NCBI GenBank assembly: GCA_024704765.1
Contig: JAKMXF010000266.1
Span: 124,001 to 188,000 of the forward strand
Length of the DNA: 64,000 nucleotides
Source of the DNA: Oopsacas minuta
Lineage: Eukaryota > Animalia > Porifera
Direction: 5' to 3'
In this document: positions 11,376 through 22,548 of the stretch, piece after piece
Layout of the letters: each line of letters starts with the position of its first letter
Numbering within the stretch: position 1 is the first letter of the stretch
Notes under the pieces: model-generated
What the model saw: only the letters and a program-made list of their open reading frames with translations
Database searches by the model: none
What the model was told of the DNA's origin: nothing
Program-made: the position numbers and the translations under genes

Positions 11376-11742
11376 CCGAACATAAGACATACACAGTAGA
11401 AATCAATTGATGTGCTTCTTCTATGTCCATCGTCCTTTTTTTGAGATTCTAAATATAGGTCTTGTTACGTTATACTGTATTCATGTAGCTAGCTAAGTGT
11501 ATTTATGTCCTGTTAGGAATTGAGCTGTATTTGATGGTAGTTTGCCTTCTGTAAATATTCTCTCATACAAAACAGCTTCTATTAAATATGATAAAGAGTG
11601 AATTTGTATTTTAAGCAGTTAACTGCCTGATTTTCCGGTGTCTCGATCAAGCACGTTCCGACCTTATTTTCCTGGAACAATTCAACAACCTTCTGAATTA
11701 ATAACCAAAGTACACATATCTAACAAACATTATTTAATAGAT

Positions 11743-13188
11743 TTACATTGAGGTAGCAGCTTCTGGGTCTGAATCTGGTAAATTTTCATCAAACATTTGA
11801 TTCATAATTACATCCTTTGCATTCGGAGATGGAATTGTTTGCATCATCTCCAGTCCAATTGGTTGATCATGTTTTCCTACTATTCGTTTTCTCTTTTTCC
11901 CCCAAACTATTACGAGTAAAACCCAGCTTATTAGTAATAATGCAATCAGTAATAATATAGTCAAAATCCAAATCGTTACGGCTATATCCAATTGGGAATT
12001 ATTGTTACTGTTTGGTATGGAAGAGGTCGAGAAGTGGTGGCTACTGAAAATACTAGATACTGGAATAGTTGTAGAAATAGATATAGGAGACAGCGTAATA
12101 ATGCTAGAAGCAGAGCTAGTTGGAATCGTGTTATGTGAGCTATTAGTACTAGACACAGTGGTAGAGTGTATGCTAGTTTGTACAGTCGTAATAGATGTAA
12201 TGGTTGATAGTATTGTGGTGGTTTGAATTGAATTTTGTGAACTACTAGTACTAGTAGATCCTGTAGACGTAGAGTATATGCTAGTTGATGTAGTGGAGAT
12301 CTCTGTGGTAGCAGATGAAACTGGAGGAAGTATTGTACTACTCGTTACGGTTGCTGGGGTACATTCGTATGTCCCGTTTCCAATTGGATCGAATCCCGAG
12401 TTACAAACACATTTAGGAAATTCATTATCTTTCATACAATGACTATTCTCCGTACAAATAACTTCTAAGCACAATCCTAGACAGAAACTAGACAAATCTA
12501 AGACTAGAGATATTTCAATTCCTGTCACATTACTCGGAAATTCACAGTCTATTAGTGCTGAAAAATTGCTAGGTTTTTCTATGACTATTTGCTGCAGCCA
12601 TTCTATATAACAATCACAGATAAGACTATTCCTTCCTATGTCTATTTCGGTTAGTAGTGTACTGTTAAAACTCTGCAAATTATCCCTGTGAATACGTTTA
12701 ATCAGATTATTGTCTAACTTAAGTTTCTGTAACTTGATTAAATCAGTGAATGAATTAGCTGGAACGAATTCTATGCAATTCTCGGATAGGATCAGATCCT
12801 CTAATGACGTCATGTTCAAGAACCATCTCGGATTTATCATGTTTAGTTTGCTGTTTGTGAAATCAACAACTTGTAAGCTTGAAGCTACCTCGTTAAACGC
12901 TCCATCTTCAATCACACTCAATTGAGAGTTTCGTATAATTATCCGTACCAAACTTGGAAAATTTATGAAATTATCAGTTTTCAATACTGTTATGTTCGTA
13001 TTCAAGAAAAGAATTTGACTCACAAATCGGGAATTATAATTAGGGAAACTTATCGGTATCTCTGTACCCGTAACAGAATCACAATACATCATATCAAAGA
13101 GACAATTGCAAATATCACAATTAAAACTTACACATATTACTCTAGGGAGAAGAATACAAAATACTATCAATACGCTTAACAGCCTCAT
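11743..13188 (-). CDS. Type I membrane protein: signal peptide, LRRNT, LRRs, LRRCT, EGF-like domain, S/T-rich stalk, TM helix, short tail (vasorin-like architecture)
   Basis: 481 aa. Hydrophobic N-terminus; CDICNC LRRNT; LxxLxLxxNxI repeats (LEDLILSENCI, LQKLKLDNNLI); NSLICDCYIEWL LRRCT; EGF (CTENSHC...CVCNSGF..IGNGTYEC); mucin-like Ser/Thr tract; TM IAVTIWILTILLLIALLLISWVLLVIVW followed by GKKRKR. Confidence 0.9.
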   Translation of the reverse strand: MRLLSVLIVFCILLPRVICVSFNCDICNCLFDMMYCDSVTGTEIPISFPNYNSRFVSQILFLNTNITVLKTDNFINFPSLVRIIIRNSQLSVIEDGAFNEVASSLQVVDFTNSKLNMINPRWFLNMTSLEDLILSENCIEFVPANSFTDLIKLQKLKLDNNLIKRIHRDNLQSFNSTLLTEIDIGRNSLICDCYIEWLQQIVIEKPSNFSALIDCEFPSNVTGIEISLVLDLSSFCLGLCLEVICTENSHCMKDNEFPKCVCNSGFDPIGNGTYECTPATVTSSTILPPVSSATTEISTTSTSIYSTSTGSTSTSSSQNSIQTTTILSTITSITTVQTSIHSTTVSSTNSSHNTIPTSSASSIITLSPISISTTIPVSSIFSSHHFSTSSIPNSNNNSQLDIAVTIWILTILLLIALLLISWVLLVIVWGKKRKRIVGKHDQPIGLEMMQTIPSPNAKDVIMNQMFDENLPDSDPEAATSM

Positions 13189-13652
13189 AATAATTACATT
13201 AATTAACTAATAACATAGTCTTAACTAATTTTATACTCGAGGTTCAAACAGAGGAGAATTTAGCTTGCATAGCGTGACATTGATACCATTAACATTAATT
13301 ACAGGTTGTCATAAACAACGAGGTAGGTGTTCTATCTGCATGCTAACATCTCATAAATTCTAATGCTGAGTGAATTTGATAACCAACTCACCACCCTTCT
13401 ATATTTCCCGAGAGCTTTAAGGCTATCTTCGCCTGGGTAGCCCTGATATTGTTTGCTGGAATTGATACTATTGTGCTGGTTAGAACTGTGATATTATTAC
13501 TAGTAGCTCACGACTGCCTATCACAGGCTTAAAGTTATTAGATTCAAGCTTATTAACGAATTTTCCTAGTATAAAAATGTATTCAATGATTATACATACA
13601 TATAGAAAGTCGTGTGTACAAAGTTCATATATATATATATATATTACAATCC

Positions 13653-15185
13653 CTATGTTCTAAATGAGTTCAAAAGTGGTGGGTAAATCCAATCCTCTTT
13701 GAAATCGTTTCTCAAAGGTACGTAGTTCGGATTGTGGTAGTATTTCCATTGGAGATACAGCATTGGGAGAGTACATAGTATTATGACTAATACAATGAGC
13801 CCACATAACCCCATGCTACAATATATCACTATGTCGGTCATGTGGAGTGCGTAGAATGCAGTGTTTTTCAATTCAGCTACATCTGTCTTTGAAGCATCTC
13901 CAGTTTCAGAAGCCCAGAAAATAGGGAAGAGTACTTCTCTCAGGTTTTTCATTTGTTTTTGCGTATCAGAGCGATTGAGTTGAATATTGAACTGAAGTTG
14001 TTTAGCTGCGCCCAATACGAACCCTGTCAATGGCTCCACGTTCACATACGAGTCATGCTTTGTACGGTTTGGCTTTAGACCAATTATGTTGCGAAACACA
14101 ATAGCGTCTGCATCCAGAAAATGAGGCTTTGAAATGAATATTGGTAAATTAAATGGAGCATAAACGGTAAAGTTAAAGAGACCTGATGGTCCAAACGAGT
14201 AAAAGCCTTTGTTTTGTGGATTTATGGTGGAATTAGCCATCTCTTCGTACGGGATGCCATATTGGTAGCAGTTTAAGCCATGGACATCAATATCTCTCTC
14301 ATAACTGAAATAACCAGACCTATATATTTGGTCGATGAATGCTGTGATATTTTCCTCACGTGAAATATTCGGGTGAAACAGGTGACCATCTGTTCCGTAG
14401 AGAAGTCGTGCTTTCCGAGAGCCCCACTTATCAAGAGAGGTTTGATTTTCCCACATTATATACTGATTTAAGTTATTGAGGTTGCCTACGCCAGTTGATA
14501 TTATCGTAGGCAGCAGCTGATCAGTTCCATTCGATTGCAACTGTACAATATCAGTGGGTATATTAACAAAATTACTGATAAAGCTGTTCTTCAATTTATT
14601 AAGTAACGAGTCCTGGTATCCCCAGAGGATTTCTCTAACTGATTTCGTTATTAATATCTCCTCTTTCCCGATTAAATTAAGCAAAGAAGTAATGATAGAT
14701 TCAGCTAGTTTTGATTTAAGTTTGTTCAACATCATTTCCATGCCAACCATTACCAAATTGACAGTCGTTACATTTGTCGTGACGTCACTGCCATATGATT
14801 TATCCGGTTCGAATATATACGTGGTGTTGTCGTAATAAGTCATCATGGATAGATCTTTACTCCAACTTACATTTAGCTTCAAGTCAACTTCCCTGTATAT
14901 GAATGGGCCAATTTCTTTTATCTCTAATTCCGCACCGTTTATGAACTCTTCCCGGTTTTGAATAGTGAACAGGTAGAACTCAAGGAAAGTTGCATTAGCT
15001 GAACGGGACCAAGCTTCGTAGACCATAGTTCCATTAGTTAGAGTCTCTTTCTGCATGATTAGCTCTTTAACTTTGTTTTTAATTATATCGCGTTCAATAA
15101 AGATCCCAACCATACAAATAAGCGAGATGATTAGTATTAGTATTAGCACGGACTGACAAATGAATAGACATTTCAATTTCCCCAT
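13653..15185 (-). CDS. CD36/scavenger receptor class B family protein, intronless
   Basis: 510 aa with N- and C-terminal TM helices and CD36-family motifs (EIGPFIYRE, WGYQDSLL, GTDGHLFHP, PIFISKPHFLDAD, VEPLTG...AKQLQFN, LFPIFW). The exact ortholog (CD36/SCARB1/SCARB2) cannot be resolved. Confidence 0.92.
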   Translation of the reverse strand: MGKLKCLFICQSVLILILIISLICMVGIFIERDIIKNKVKELIMQKETLTNGTMVYEAWSRSANATFLEFYLFTIQNREEFINGAELEIKEIGPFIYREVDLKLNVSWSKDLSMMTYYDNTTYIFEPDKSYGSDVTTNVTTVNLVMVGMEMMLNKLKSKLAESIITSLLNLIGKEEILITKSVREILWGYQDSLLNKLKNSFISNFVNIPTDIVQLQSNGTDQLLPTIISTGVGNLNNLNQYIMWENQTSLDKWGSRKARLLYGTDGHLFHPNISREENITAFIDQIYRSGYFSYERDIDVHGLNCYQYGIPYEEMANSTINPQNKGFYSFGPSGLFNFTVYAPFNLPIFISKPHFLDADAIVFRNIIGLKPNRTKHDSYVNVEPLTGFVLGAAKQLQFNIQLNRSDTQKQMKNLREVLFPIFWASETGDASKTDVAELKNTAFYALHMTDIVIYCSMGLCGLIVLVIILCTLPMLYLQWKYYHNPNYVPLRNDFKEDWIYPPLLNSFRT

Positions 15186-16163
15186 TTCTAATCGCTCTAC
15201 TGAGATGTATGAATGGAAGGGGAGTAATATATACGAATCTTCAGGATGCCCCTATATGCAGGCAATCTGACCAGCTTTAACTTTAGTAAGTTTTCCTTTT
15301 ATGTTTGAGCTCTTTGGAAGTGTAGATAGAAGTGATTAATCAAAGTATTTACATATGCAAACCCGATTTAAATAACTAACTGTTTTAGATTTGAGTTTCA
15401 TAAAGCTTGGCTTATAAACAAGCTGTGCATATCCTTCAAATTTTACTCCCTTTTTCTACGAATATGATTGTAGTTAGAAATACGAGATATTGAAACTGAT
15501 TTAATATTGTTACGGTTACAAAATCTTGTAATGTAATGTCTCTGCCTCTCTGGTATTGTATTAACTGATTATGTTTATAACTGAATATCTACAGTTAATA
15601 ATATTAAATAGGGTGTTGGTGCATTTGCCCTATAATTTAATAATTTGTTATGTCTGAACAACAACTGTTTTAAATGCAAATTATTATACAATGAATCCTT
15701 TGAGAATTAATATTTCTAAAGGAATTTACTATACGCTGAAAATCCTACAAATACAGATGGAAAAGTTACATATGTTATGGATAATATAAACAGATGCTAT
15801 ATTTTTGGCCAATTTGAATAAAAACACAAATAATGAGAAACCTTGGCTTGGTAGGGGAAGAAGAAAAAGTCTAAGAAACTGTCGCATTTCTCATTTCTAT
15901 GAGCCTCTTAGAACCTGATAATTGGCCTTACAACTATATACTATGAGAATAATGCGAACCCCCATTCAATTAAAAGAGATCATATACATATATTCCCAAT
16001 GCCAAGCTGTTAAGTGCGGGTATATTCTAAGGATTAATACTCAATTTAGTAACAGGAGCTACAATAAGGTAGATATACCATCGAACCAACCCCTATCATT
16101 CAGTAAAGAGACTTTAAAATTTGATGGGAATTGAATTATACAAGAGAATAAAATGAAATAATC

Positions 16164-19100
16164 TTATTTTGGTACATGATCTTTAAGGTTCTTAGTAGCA
16201 TATTGGATGTAGTTGAAAAATAAGAGACCGAAAATGAAAACCGCAACTAAGAATAAATGAATAATAAAATAGAAGAAAGACTGTGCAGAACGAATTGTGA
16301 GGAATTTGTTCCCGTATGGCTTTTCAATAGGAGCGATTCGTGGAAGAGATTCAACCAATTCGCAATGCTCTAATTTAGGCTTAATGAGCTGAGTGGGCTC
16401 GACTATGGGGTCAATATCATTAGCTGCAGGAATTGATGGAGTAGGCTCTATTGGTATAATTTCTGGTTGTATTGTGACAGGTTTGATAGGTTCTATCACT
16501 TCCTTATGTGTCAGATTATAGAATTCAGTTTTGAGTGATAAGATCGTAGCACGGAATGTATTCAACTTATCACGCCACTCCTGACAGCTGTCATCCTCAC
16601 AAGTTTCGCATATAATCAGCTGATACATTTTAGGGCTAAATTCATTGTAACCATCAATTATTTCTTGAAGATAGTCAGCACTGGTCTCAACAGCATTCTC
16701 AAACTCTGCTTTATCAGGCCAGTCATCAGTTTTATATCCCTCTAAATCAGTCTGCAATGAATCAATGTACCCGTTAGCATTATTGTATTTCTGAACAAGT
16801 TCCATCCATTCGTCCCTCCTAATCTCTATCTTTCTCTTAAGAGTATCGCGAATTGCCTGTAGACTATCTAACCATTCATGAACACGGTCCTTACCAGTGA
16901 AATTACGAATTGTATTTTGTATTGAAATTACTTCAGTATGACATTCAGTGCATCTGTTCTGTACTTCAGTAATAAGTGCTTCACTAGAATTTTCTATGTG
17001 TGGCCCGGCAGATGAAAACTGCTTATAAAAGTCAATCGTGTCTGAAATAAGAGAGATACATTTTATGAGTGGTGAGTCTGTATTTTCAAAATCGGGGGAG
17101 AGGTTCAGAGGAGGTATGTCATCTCGGTTTAAGAGAGGAGGAAGTATTTGATCGTCATCTTGTTCAAATAAGAATTCAACCTTGCTAGGAACAGTAGTAG
17201 CCAAAGATGTATTATGTCCATGGTCCATGCCACTATTTTCATTAATAACAGCTTGTAAATTGGCAAAAGATTCCTTCACTTCGAGTTGTATTCTCGATTC
17301 ATGATGAGAAGGAGCATAACGAGTCTGCATAGTAGTATAGGTATATTCTAAAGATGAATATTCTCGCTTGAGACTATCATAATCTGGAGCTATTCTATCC
17401 ACAGAAGATTGATCAGTTATTGTATTAATTAACCCAAGAGTTCTCTCATAAACATTCTGTAAACTATTAAATATTTGATTTGCTTTCTCTTGCTTAGTTG
17501 TAAGCGAGTTAATATGCTCAGTGAGAACTTTGTATAGTTCTTTGTATTTGGTCTCAATTGTCTGTATTTGTTCTCTACAAGGAATGGAAGGCAATAGAAG
17601 AGAAGTTTGACTGTTGGAAAAGATTGAAGATGATTGTTTCTCATCTGTATCTGATTCGGAATGGCTCTCAGTAGAAGTGTCTGGCGAAAATTCTATGTTT
17701 GGGGATTTGATATCATAATCAGGTGTAAGTTCAATGTAATACTTGCGAATTTTATCAATACAGTCTCTTTCGCAGTCTCTCAATTCATTTCTAAGATCTG
17801 TCATCTTTTGAATTTGATCTTCTAGCATGAATTGTCTATTTTGAACAGTTTCAGTGTTGGATTGTATTGAAATCAAGCGTTGTTCACACAAAGAGATTAA
17901 CAAATGAAATTCGAATAGTGATGCTACTCTGTTTGAAACTTCTTCACAGCGTTTCGACATTGAAATCTCAAAATGTGTGAAAAGATGTTCTAATTCTTTG
18001 TAAAGATTCATGTGTTTGTTATAGAAATTTTTGGGCGATTCTCTATCAGCTAAGAGAATTTGGAAATAGTGTTGTTTCTTCACAAACTCTAATTTGGTGA
18101 TATCAATTTCTTTCTTCTGTAGCTGTGCTTCACTCAACTTGATAGAAATTTCTGACGTCATTATGTGTGCTCTCTCCTTTTGTTTCATCCAACGTTTCCA
18201 TTTTGTTAATTTGTCCTGGACTTTCCTACAATCTTCAGCCATTGATTCATCTATAGGGGTGTTGTAAGCTCCACTGTCGTGATCCGTTACATGAGAAATA
18301 ATTTCGAATGAATGAAGATCATTATAACCACTTTCGTTACTGAGTTGAGGTTCGAATTCTAAACGAGTCAAAGATCCAGATCCTGATAATGAATTTTGAT
18401 TACACTCTTGGAAGAGTCCGTCTATTTTGTTCTGCCATTCAGGAAGTTTTTCTTCCAATATTTTCAATCGCTTTTCCTCTATGATCGAATACTCAACAAA
18501 TTGGTGTGCACCAGCCTGCAGTTCTGGTAATCCAATTCTCAAAGTACGTACAGAGTTAGTAATAGCCTGTAATTCATGGAGAAACTCGTCACATCTCTGT
18601 TCATTCTTCTCCGTTCCATTGCCATTAATACTAACTGATGGGAATCGCATTTCGGTGTAAAAATGTGAGATATTATCCGTCATGGCAGTCAGTCGATCTT
18701 CATTAGCTCTGAGGTCTGCTTGATATTTATGGAAAATAATGAGACAAGTTTTCAACTGATCTAAATGCTCCTTTGCTTTTGGAAAAATATTTTTTACCCA
18801 AACGACTTTTGGAGAAGGGGATAAGTTTTCATAAATATTGTCAGCACATTCATAAGCATGATCATATTGTGTCAGGGAATTCTGACCCTCTGTAAGCAAG
18901 AGCTCCCATATCTTAACCTGTGTTTCAAGTACGGAGCTGTCCCGAATAGGAGAACTTTCTTTTTGAGTGAAGGCTGCTTCTAGTTTCTCAGCAAACACGA
19001 GTATATTCTGTGAATCCTTTCTGAATTGTGTAATGGACTTGTCAACATCTTCAAAGGAATTGTTAAAATCAGTAAATGAAACCTTAAGTTCTTCTAAACG

Positions 19101-21770
19101 CTCTCTCATTCTTGATTCAAGTCTACTTACAATTTCTAAAGATAGAGGCAGTACTGGTGGTTGATTTTGGTCACTCAAATATTCAGTGTATCTGCTGCGA
19201 AGTTGTCTGTAATAAGTCTGACAAATTTTGAAATCCTCACCAAACAATTCTTCGATTTGACTGCCCACAAATCCCAACTTATCAGCCATGTATGATCTAT
19301 CACTAGATGTTTGAATAAAAGATTCTCTTAATTTCAAAACTTCGTGTAGTTCACGATAAGTTATCGCAAAATGCATGAGAATTTTAGTGGATCGAACTGT
19401 GATTTCTAGTTTACTGAGAGAATCCTCCAAATTGCCAAGCTCAACTTTTACAACTTCTTCTGATAGCTCTTTGGAGCACTCAATTAAATTATCGATAGAA
19501 TGTTGAATTTCATTGACGTACTCATCATTGAAGAAATTTTCCAAATCGTGTAGCCGTTTCGTGACGTCACAATTGTTCTCAGAAAAATCATCATTAGCTA
19601 GACTCTCGAAAAATGTCTCGTATGAATCGAGATTAGATTCTCCAAACATGATTTGCCTCCGTGTTTTATCGAGACTAGATAGAATAACATTTTCTAGTTT
19701 TTCTGATAAAAACTCGAGGATTTTTGTCTGTTTCTTTTCTGCTTCATTGTATCTTTGTTGTAAGAGAGTCAAATCGAGTGATTCAATATTTAAAAAGGGT
19801 TCTAGCTGTTCGCAGCCTGTGCTTAATTTGACTGTTCGTTTTTTCAATGAAGACATTCTTGACCTCAAATAATCCATGAATATTTCTGTTTTAGCTTTCG
19901 TATGCTCTTCCAATTTATTGTCAATACTCTCCTGAGTGTCTACGAGTATATCTTCAATCTTTTTAATGTCCTCCTCCAATTCTGTGATTTTTCGCACGAG
20001 AGGGTCTAACTCACGGTGTACTTCAATTGCTTTCATTCTCATCTCTTCAATCTGTTCAGCTATTTGCTCGAGTTTATTCTGTATAAACTCTTGACATCCT
20101 CCATCACATAAGTTACACAGATCATCGCCAGATAGTTGTAAACTCGCATGAGCCTCTGCGAATTTTTCTAACTCAGCGCTTTCGCTTCGGAGTTTCCTGA
20201 CTGAATCTGGGAACTTGGAAGAATCTTGGAATTTAATGAAACCATTAGTCAGAAGATAACTTTTCTTCGAGAGATTATCATCGAAATTTCTCACGTCTCT
20301 TAGAAACTCCTTCCACTGTTCAATTCCTTCTTCATAGTATTCAACAACTGTTGTCTGTAGATCTGTGAAATCGTTGAAATCATTTTCAATTATTCGTAGA
20401 AGTTGAATGGCAATTTTCCTGGTTATAATATCATCCTCTTCATCATCAGATAAACTATCATCGTCTTCCGAATAGCTGACTGTATTCAACTTTTTGATGT
20501 AAGCAAAGAGTTTGCTTTTTTCCTGCTGGCGTGAGTCGATCCAGTGACTGGAATATATGAAATTATGAATATCCTTTCTGTGTTCACTCATAATCTCGAA
20601 TTCTTGGTATTTACTGCATTCGTATTGTGAGAGAAATTCTCTTGCCTTGTTTAGTTCGAATTGAAACTTGTCACATATAAATAGGAATTCGAGTTGATTC
20701 ACATAATCCAGCAGTCTTGCTTCTATATCCAAATCCCACAATTCTTGGATATTAGACAATGATTCTTCGAAATTATTCAAGTCGAAATCTTCCTCAGAAC
20801 GAATCAGGAAAATTTCATCATAATGATCTCTGAGTTTTCTATAACGACACACAACCAAATATCTTTCAATATCATCTGATAATGAAGCATATTGAGTCTG
20901 GAATTGTTTTGCTCTCTTTTTCAGTACATCTATGCCTAATTCATCAGGTTTGTAGCTGGGTACAGAATCCTGGAGGATGTTACAAATAGGTTTTTTCGCG
21001 ACCAGTTCTTTGATGGCATCGAAATTCTTCAATATAGCAGGACATTTAACAAGGATAGAATTTAACGCTGGGATAACGCGTGGAGCAAAGCAGGTATGAA
21101 AATCTTTACACTTTAGCAGGAGTCTACCAGCTAGAGAATGTAGTTTGACAGCAATAAATAGAAGAGAGTCAAATGGTGTATTTTCATCGAAATAGAACTC
21201 ATCTTCATCAAGTTTATCAATTAGGATATCAATCCATTTATCACTCCAGTTGACAAGAGTATCTTTAGAAATGCTTGTAATGACCAAGGATGATGTAGAA
21301 GTACAACTATCTGCTAGTTCTAGATCGTAAGATGTATAATACTTATCCCAAACCTCATCAATTTCGCTGATAGACATCATATAAGCGCGAGGGCAATACA
21401 ATATAATAATAGATCGTAGTTCTTGTTGGACTGCCACGAGTTTTCTCCCTGCCAACCAAACGGAGCTGACAACATTTATAAGAACAGAAGGATTTTCCAT
21501 ATTCGATTCGCTCCATTCTGCTTTGAAGCTTAACTCAATACTTGATAGGTAAGTAGAGCGATCACGTAGATAATCGATTTTAGAATTAATTTGGCCAGGT
21601 AAGACAGAATCTGAGATAATTCTAGTAAGACTCTTGAGATCTTCATCACAACCATCCCCCATTTCCCTGAGTGTTTGGTACAACTCTCTGAATTGTTCCT
21701 TCTCCAATTTCTTACATTCGCTCAGTGGAGCAAGATGATTTAGGTAGTCTCTTATATTCATGGTACACAT
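16164..21770 (-). CDS. Large alpha-helical (spectrin-repeat-like) protein with a single C-terminal TM helix, intronless
   Basis: Uninterrupted 1868-aa ORF rich in E/L/K/Q with spaced Trp, including a segment like Trio/SESTD1-type spectrin repeats (RLLDYVNQLEFLFICDKFQFELNKAREFL). TM FFYFIIHLFLVAVFIFGLLFF lies ~16 aa from the C-terminus. The CDS is well supported; the family call is tentative. Confidence 0.8.
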   Translation of the reverse strand: MCTMNIRDYLNHLAPLSECKKLEKEQFRELYQTLREMGDGCDEDLKSLTRIISDSVLPGQINSKIDYLRDRSTYLSSIELSFKAEWSESNMENPSVLINVVSSVWLAGRKLVAVQQELRSIIILYCPRAYMMSISEIDEVWDKYYTSYDLELADSCTSTSSLVITSISKDTLVNWSDKWIDILIDKLDEDEFYFDENTPFDSLLFIAVKLHSLAGRLLLKCKDFHTCFAPRVIPALNSILVKCPAILKNFDAIKELVAKKPICNILQDSVPSYKPDELGIDVLKKRAKQFQTQYASLSDDIERYLVVCRYRKLRDHYDEIFLIRSEEDFDLNNFEESLSNIQELWDLDIEARLLDYVNQLEFLFICDKFQFELNKAREFLSQYECSKYQEFEIMSEHRKDIHNFIYSSHWIDSRQQEKSKLFAYIKKLNTVSYSEDDDSLSDDEEDDIITRKIAIQLLRIIENDFNDFTDLQTTVVEYYEEGIEQWKEFLRDVRNFDDNLSKKSYLLTNGFIKFQDSSKFPDSVRKLRSESAELEKFAEAHASLQLSGDDLCNLCDGGCQEFIQNKLEQIAEQIEEMRMKAIEVHRELDPLVRKITELEEDIKKIEDILVDTQESIDNKLEEHTKAKTEIFMDYLRSRMSSLKKRTVKLSTGCEQLEPFLNIESLDLTLLQQRYNEAEKKQTKILEFLSEKLENVILSSLDKTRRQIMFGESNLDSYETFFESLANDDFSENNCDVTKRLHDLENFFNDEYVNEIQHSIDNLIECSKELSEEVVKVELGNLEDSLSKLEITVRSTKILMHFAITYRELHEVLKLRESFIQTSSDRSYMADKLGFVGSQIEELFGEDFKICQTYYRQLRSRYTEYLSDQNQPPVLPLSLEIVSRLESRMRERLEELKVSFTDFNNSFEDVDKSITQFRKDSQNILVFAEKLEAAFTQKESSPIRDSSVLETQVKIWELLLTEGQNSLTQYDHAYECADNIYENLSPSPKVVWVKNIFPKAKEHLDQLKTCLIIFHKYQADLRANEDRLTAMTDNISHFYTEMRFPSVSINGNGTEKNEQRCDEFLHELQAITNSVRTLRIGLPELQAGAHQFVEYSIIEEKRLKILEEKLPEWQNKIDGLFQECNQNSLSGSGSLTRLEFEPQLSNESGYNDLHSFEIISHVTDHDSGAYNTPIDESMAEDCRKVQDKLTKWKRWMKQKERAHIMTSEISIKLSEAQLQKKEIDITKLEFVKKQHYFQILLADRESPKNFYNKHMNLYKELEHLFTHFEISMSKRCEEVSNRVASLFEFHLLISLCEQRLISIQSNTETVQNRQFMLEDQIQKMTDLRNELRDCERDCIDKIRKYYIELTPDYDIKSPNIEFSPDTSTESHSESDTDEKQSSSIFSNSQTSLLLPSIPCREQIQTIETKYKELYKVLTEHINSLTTKQEKANQIFNSLQNVYERTLGLINTITDQSSVDRIAPDYDSLKREYSSLEYTYTTMQTRYAPSHHESRIQLEVKESFANLQAVINENSGMDHGHNTSLATTVPSKVEFLFEQDDDQILPPLLNRDDIPPLNLSPDFENTDSPLIKCISLISDTIDFYKQFSSAGPHIENSSEALITEVQNRCTECHTEVISIQNTIRNFTGKDRVHEWLDSLQAIRDTLKRKIEIRRDEWMELVQKYNNANGYIDSLQTDLEGYKTDDWPDKAEFENAVETSADYLQEIIDGYNEFSPKMYQLIICETCEDDSCQEWRDKLNTFRATILSLKTEFYNLTHKEVIEPIKPVTIQPEIIPIEPTPSIPAANDIDPIVEPTQLIKPKLEHCELVESLPRIAPIEKPYGNKFLTIRSAQSFFYFIIHLFLVAVFIFGLLFFNYIQYATKNLKDHVPK

Positions 21771-22048
21771 TTCAAATGATGCTAAGTTTGCTCAAAAAAC
21801 TAAATTTTGGTATCAAATAAATTGAATAAAACATAGCCAGCCTTTACAATACTACTTATAGAAATAGAAAAGAGTTGTGGTTGGGTAAATAGGAATTCAG
21901 TGATAATCGTGATATCATATAATAACTAACCAATATGATAAATTCCAAAACTTCCAACACGTTACTAGGATAAATCGTACGACAAACACAATAGATAACA
22001 ATACAATTTAGATGGTACAGTATTGTCTTATACGCTGTAACCTGAGAC

Positions 22049-22125
22049 TATTCAACATGAAAAGTTGTGAACCTTTTCATGTTGAATATCTTAATTGCAT
22101 AACTATCCTATTATGCAATTAAGAT
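22049..22125. repeat. Two abutting perfect inverted repeats (16-bp and 15-bp stems, 8-nt loops)
   Basis: TATTCAACATGAAAAG (22049-64) pairs with CTTTTCATGTTGAATA (22073-88); ATCTTAATTGCATAA (22088-102) pairs with TTATGCAATTAAGAT (22111-125). Confidence 0.85.
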
Positions 22126-22548
22126 TAGGTCAGATTAATTAGGAGACGACAAAATTGATTGTATACTAAAACATTTGCATTTGGAGGTTATGAGTTCACG
22201 TACAATTAACACATAGTAACTATATTATCACTTCTGACTCTATAAGGGAAATTATGTAATAAGCCATTGGGCAAGAAGTACAATGAAATCAATTATTGTG
22301 TCACAATATTTTGAATCAAGATAGTAAGCCTAATCATGACCTAACTGTTAATATGGCCTTTTGATAAATATCAAGACGAAATATACCAGATGGTATGTTC
22401 ATGAATGGCATTTAGTATCGTCTGAATACGTCAATTAATTTGGGATAACCATTTTACAATTTCAGAATACAATTATACAGAATTAGCTTAATAAGTTATG
22501 ATTGAGGGAATATACGTATATTTGATACATAAAATTCGCCCATAATAA

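Noticed and set aside
15700-16140. Short plus-strand frames (GKKKKSKKLSHFSFL*, and ORF 15922-16134)
   Set aside because: Too short, no supporting exon chain or homology.
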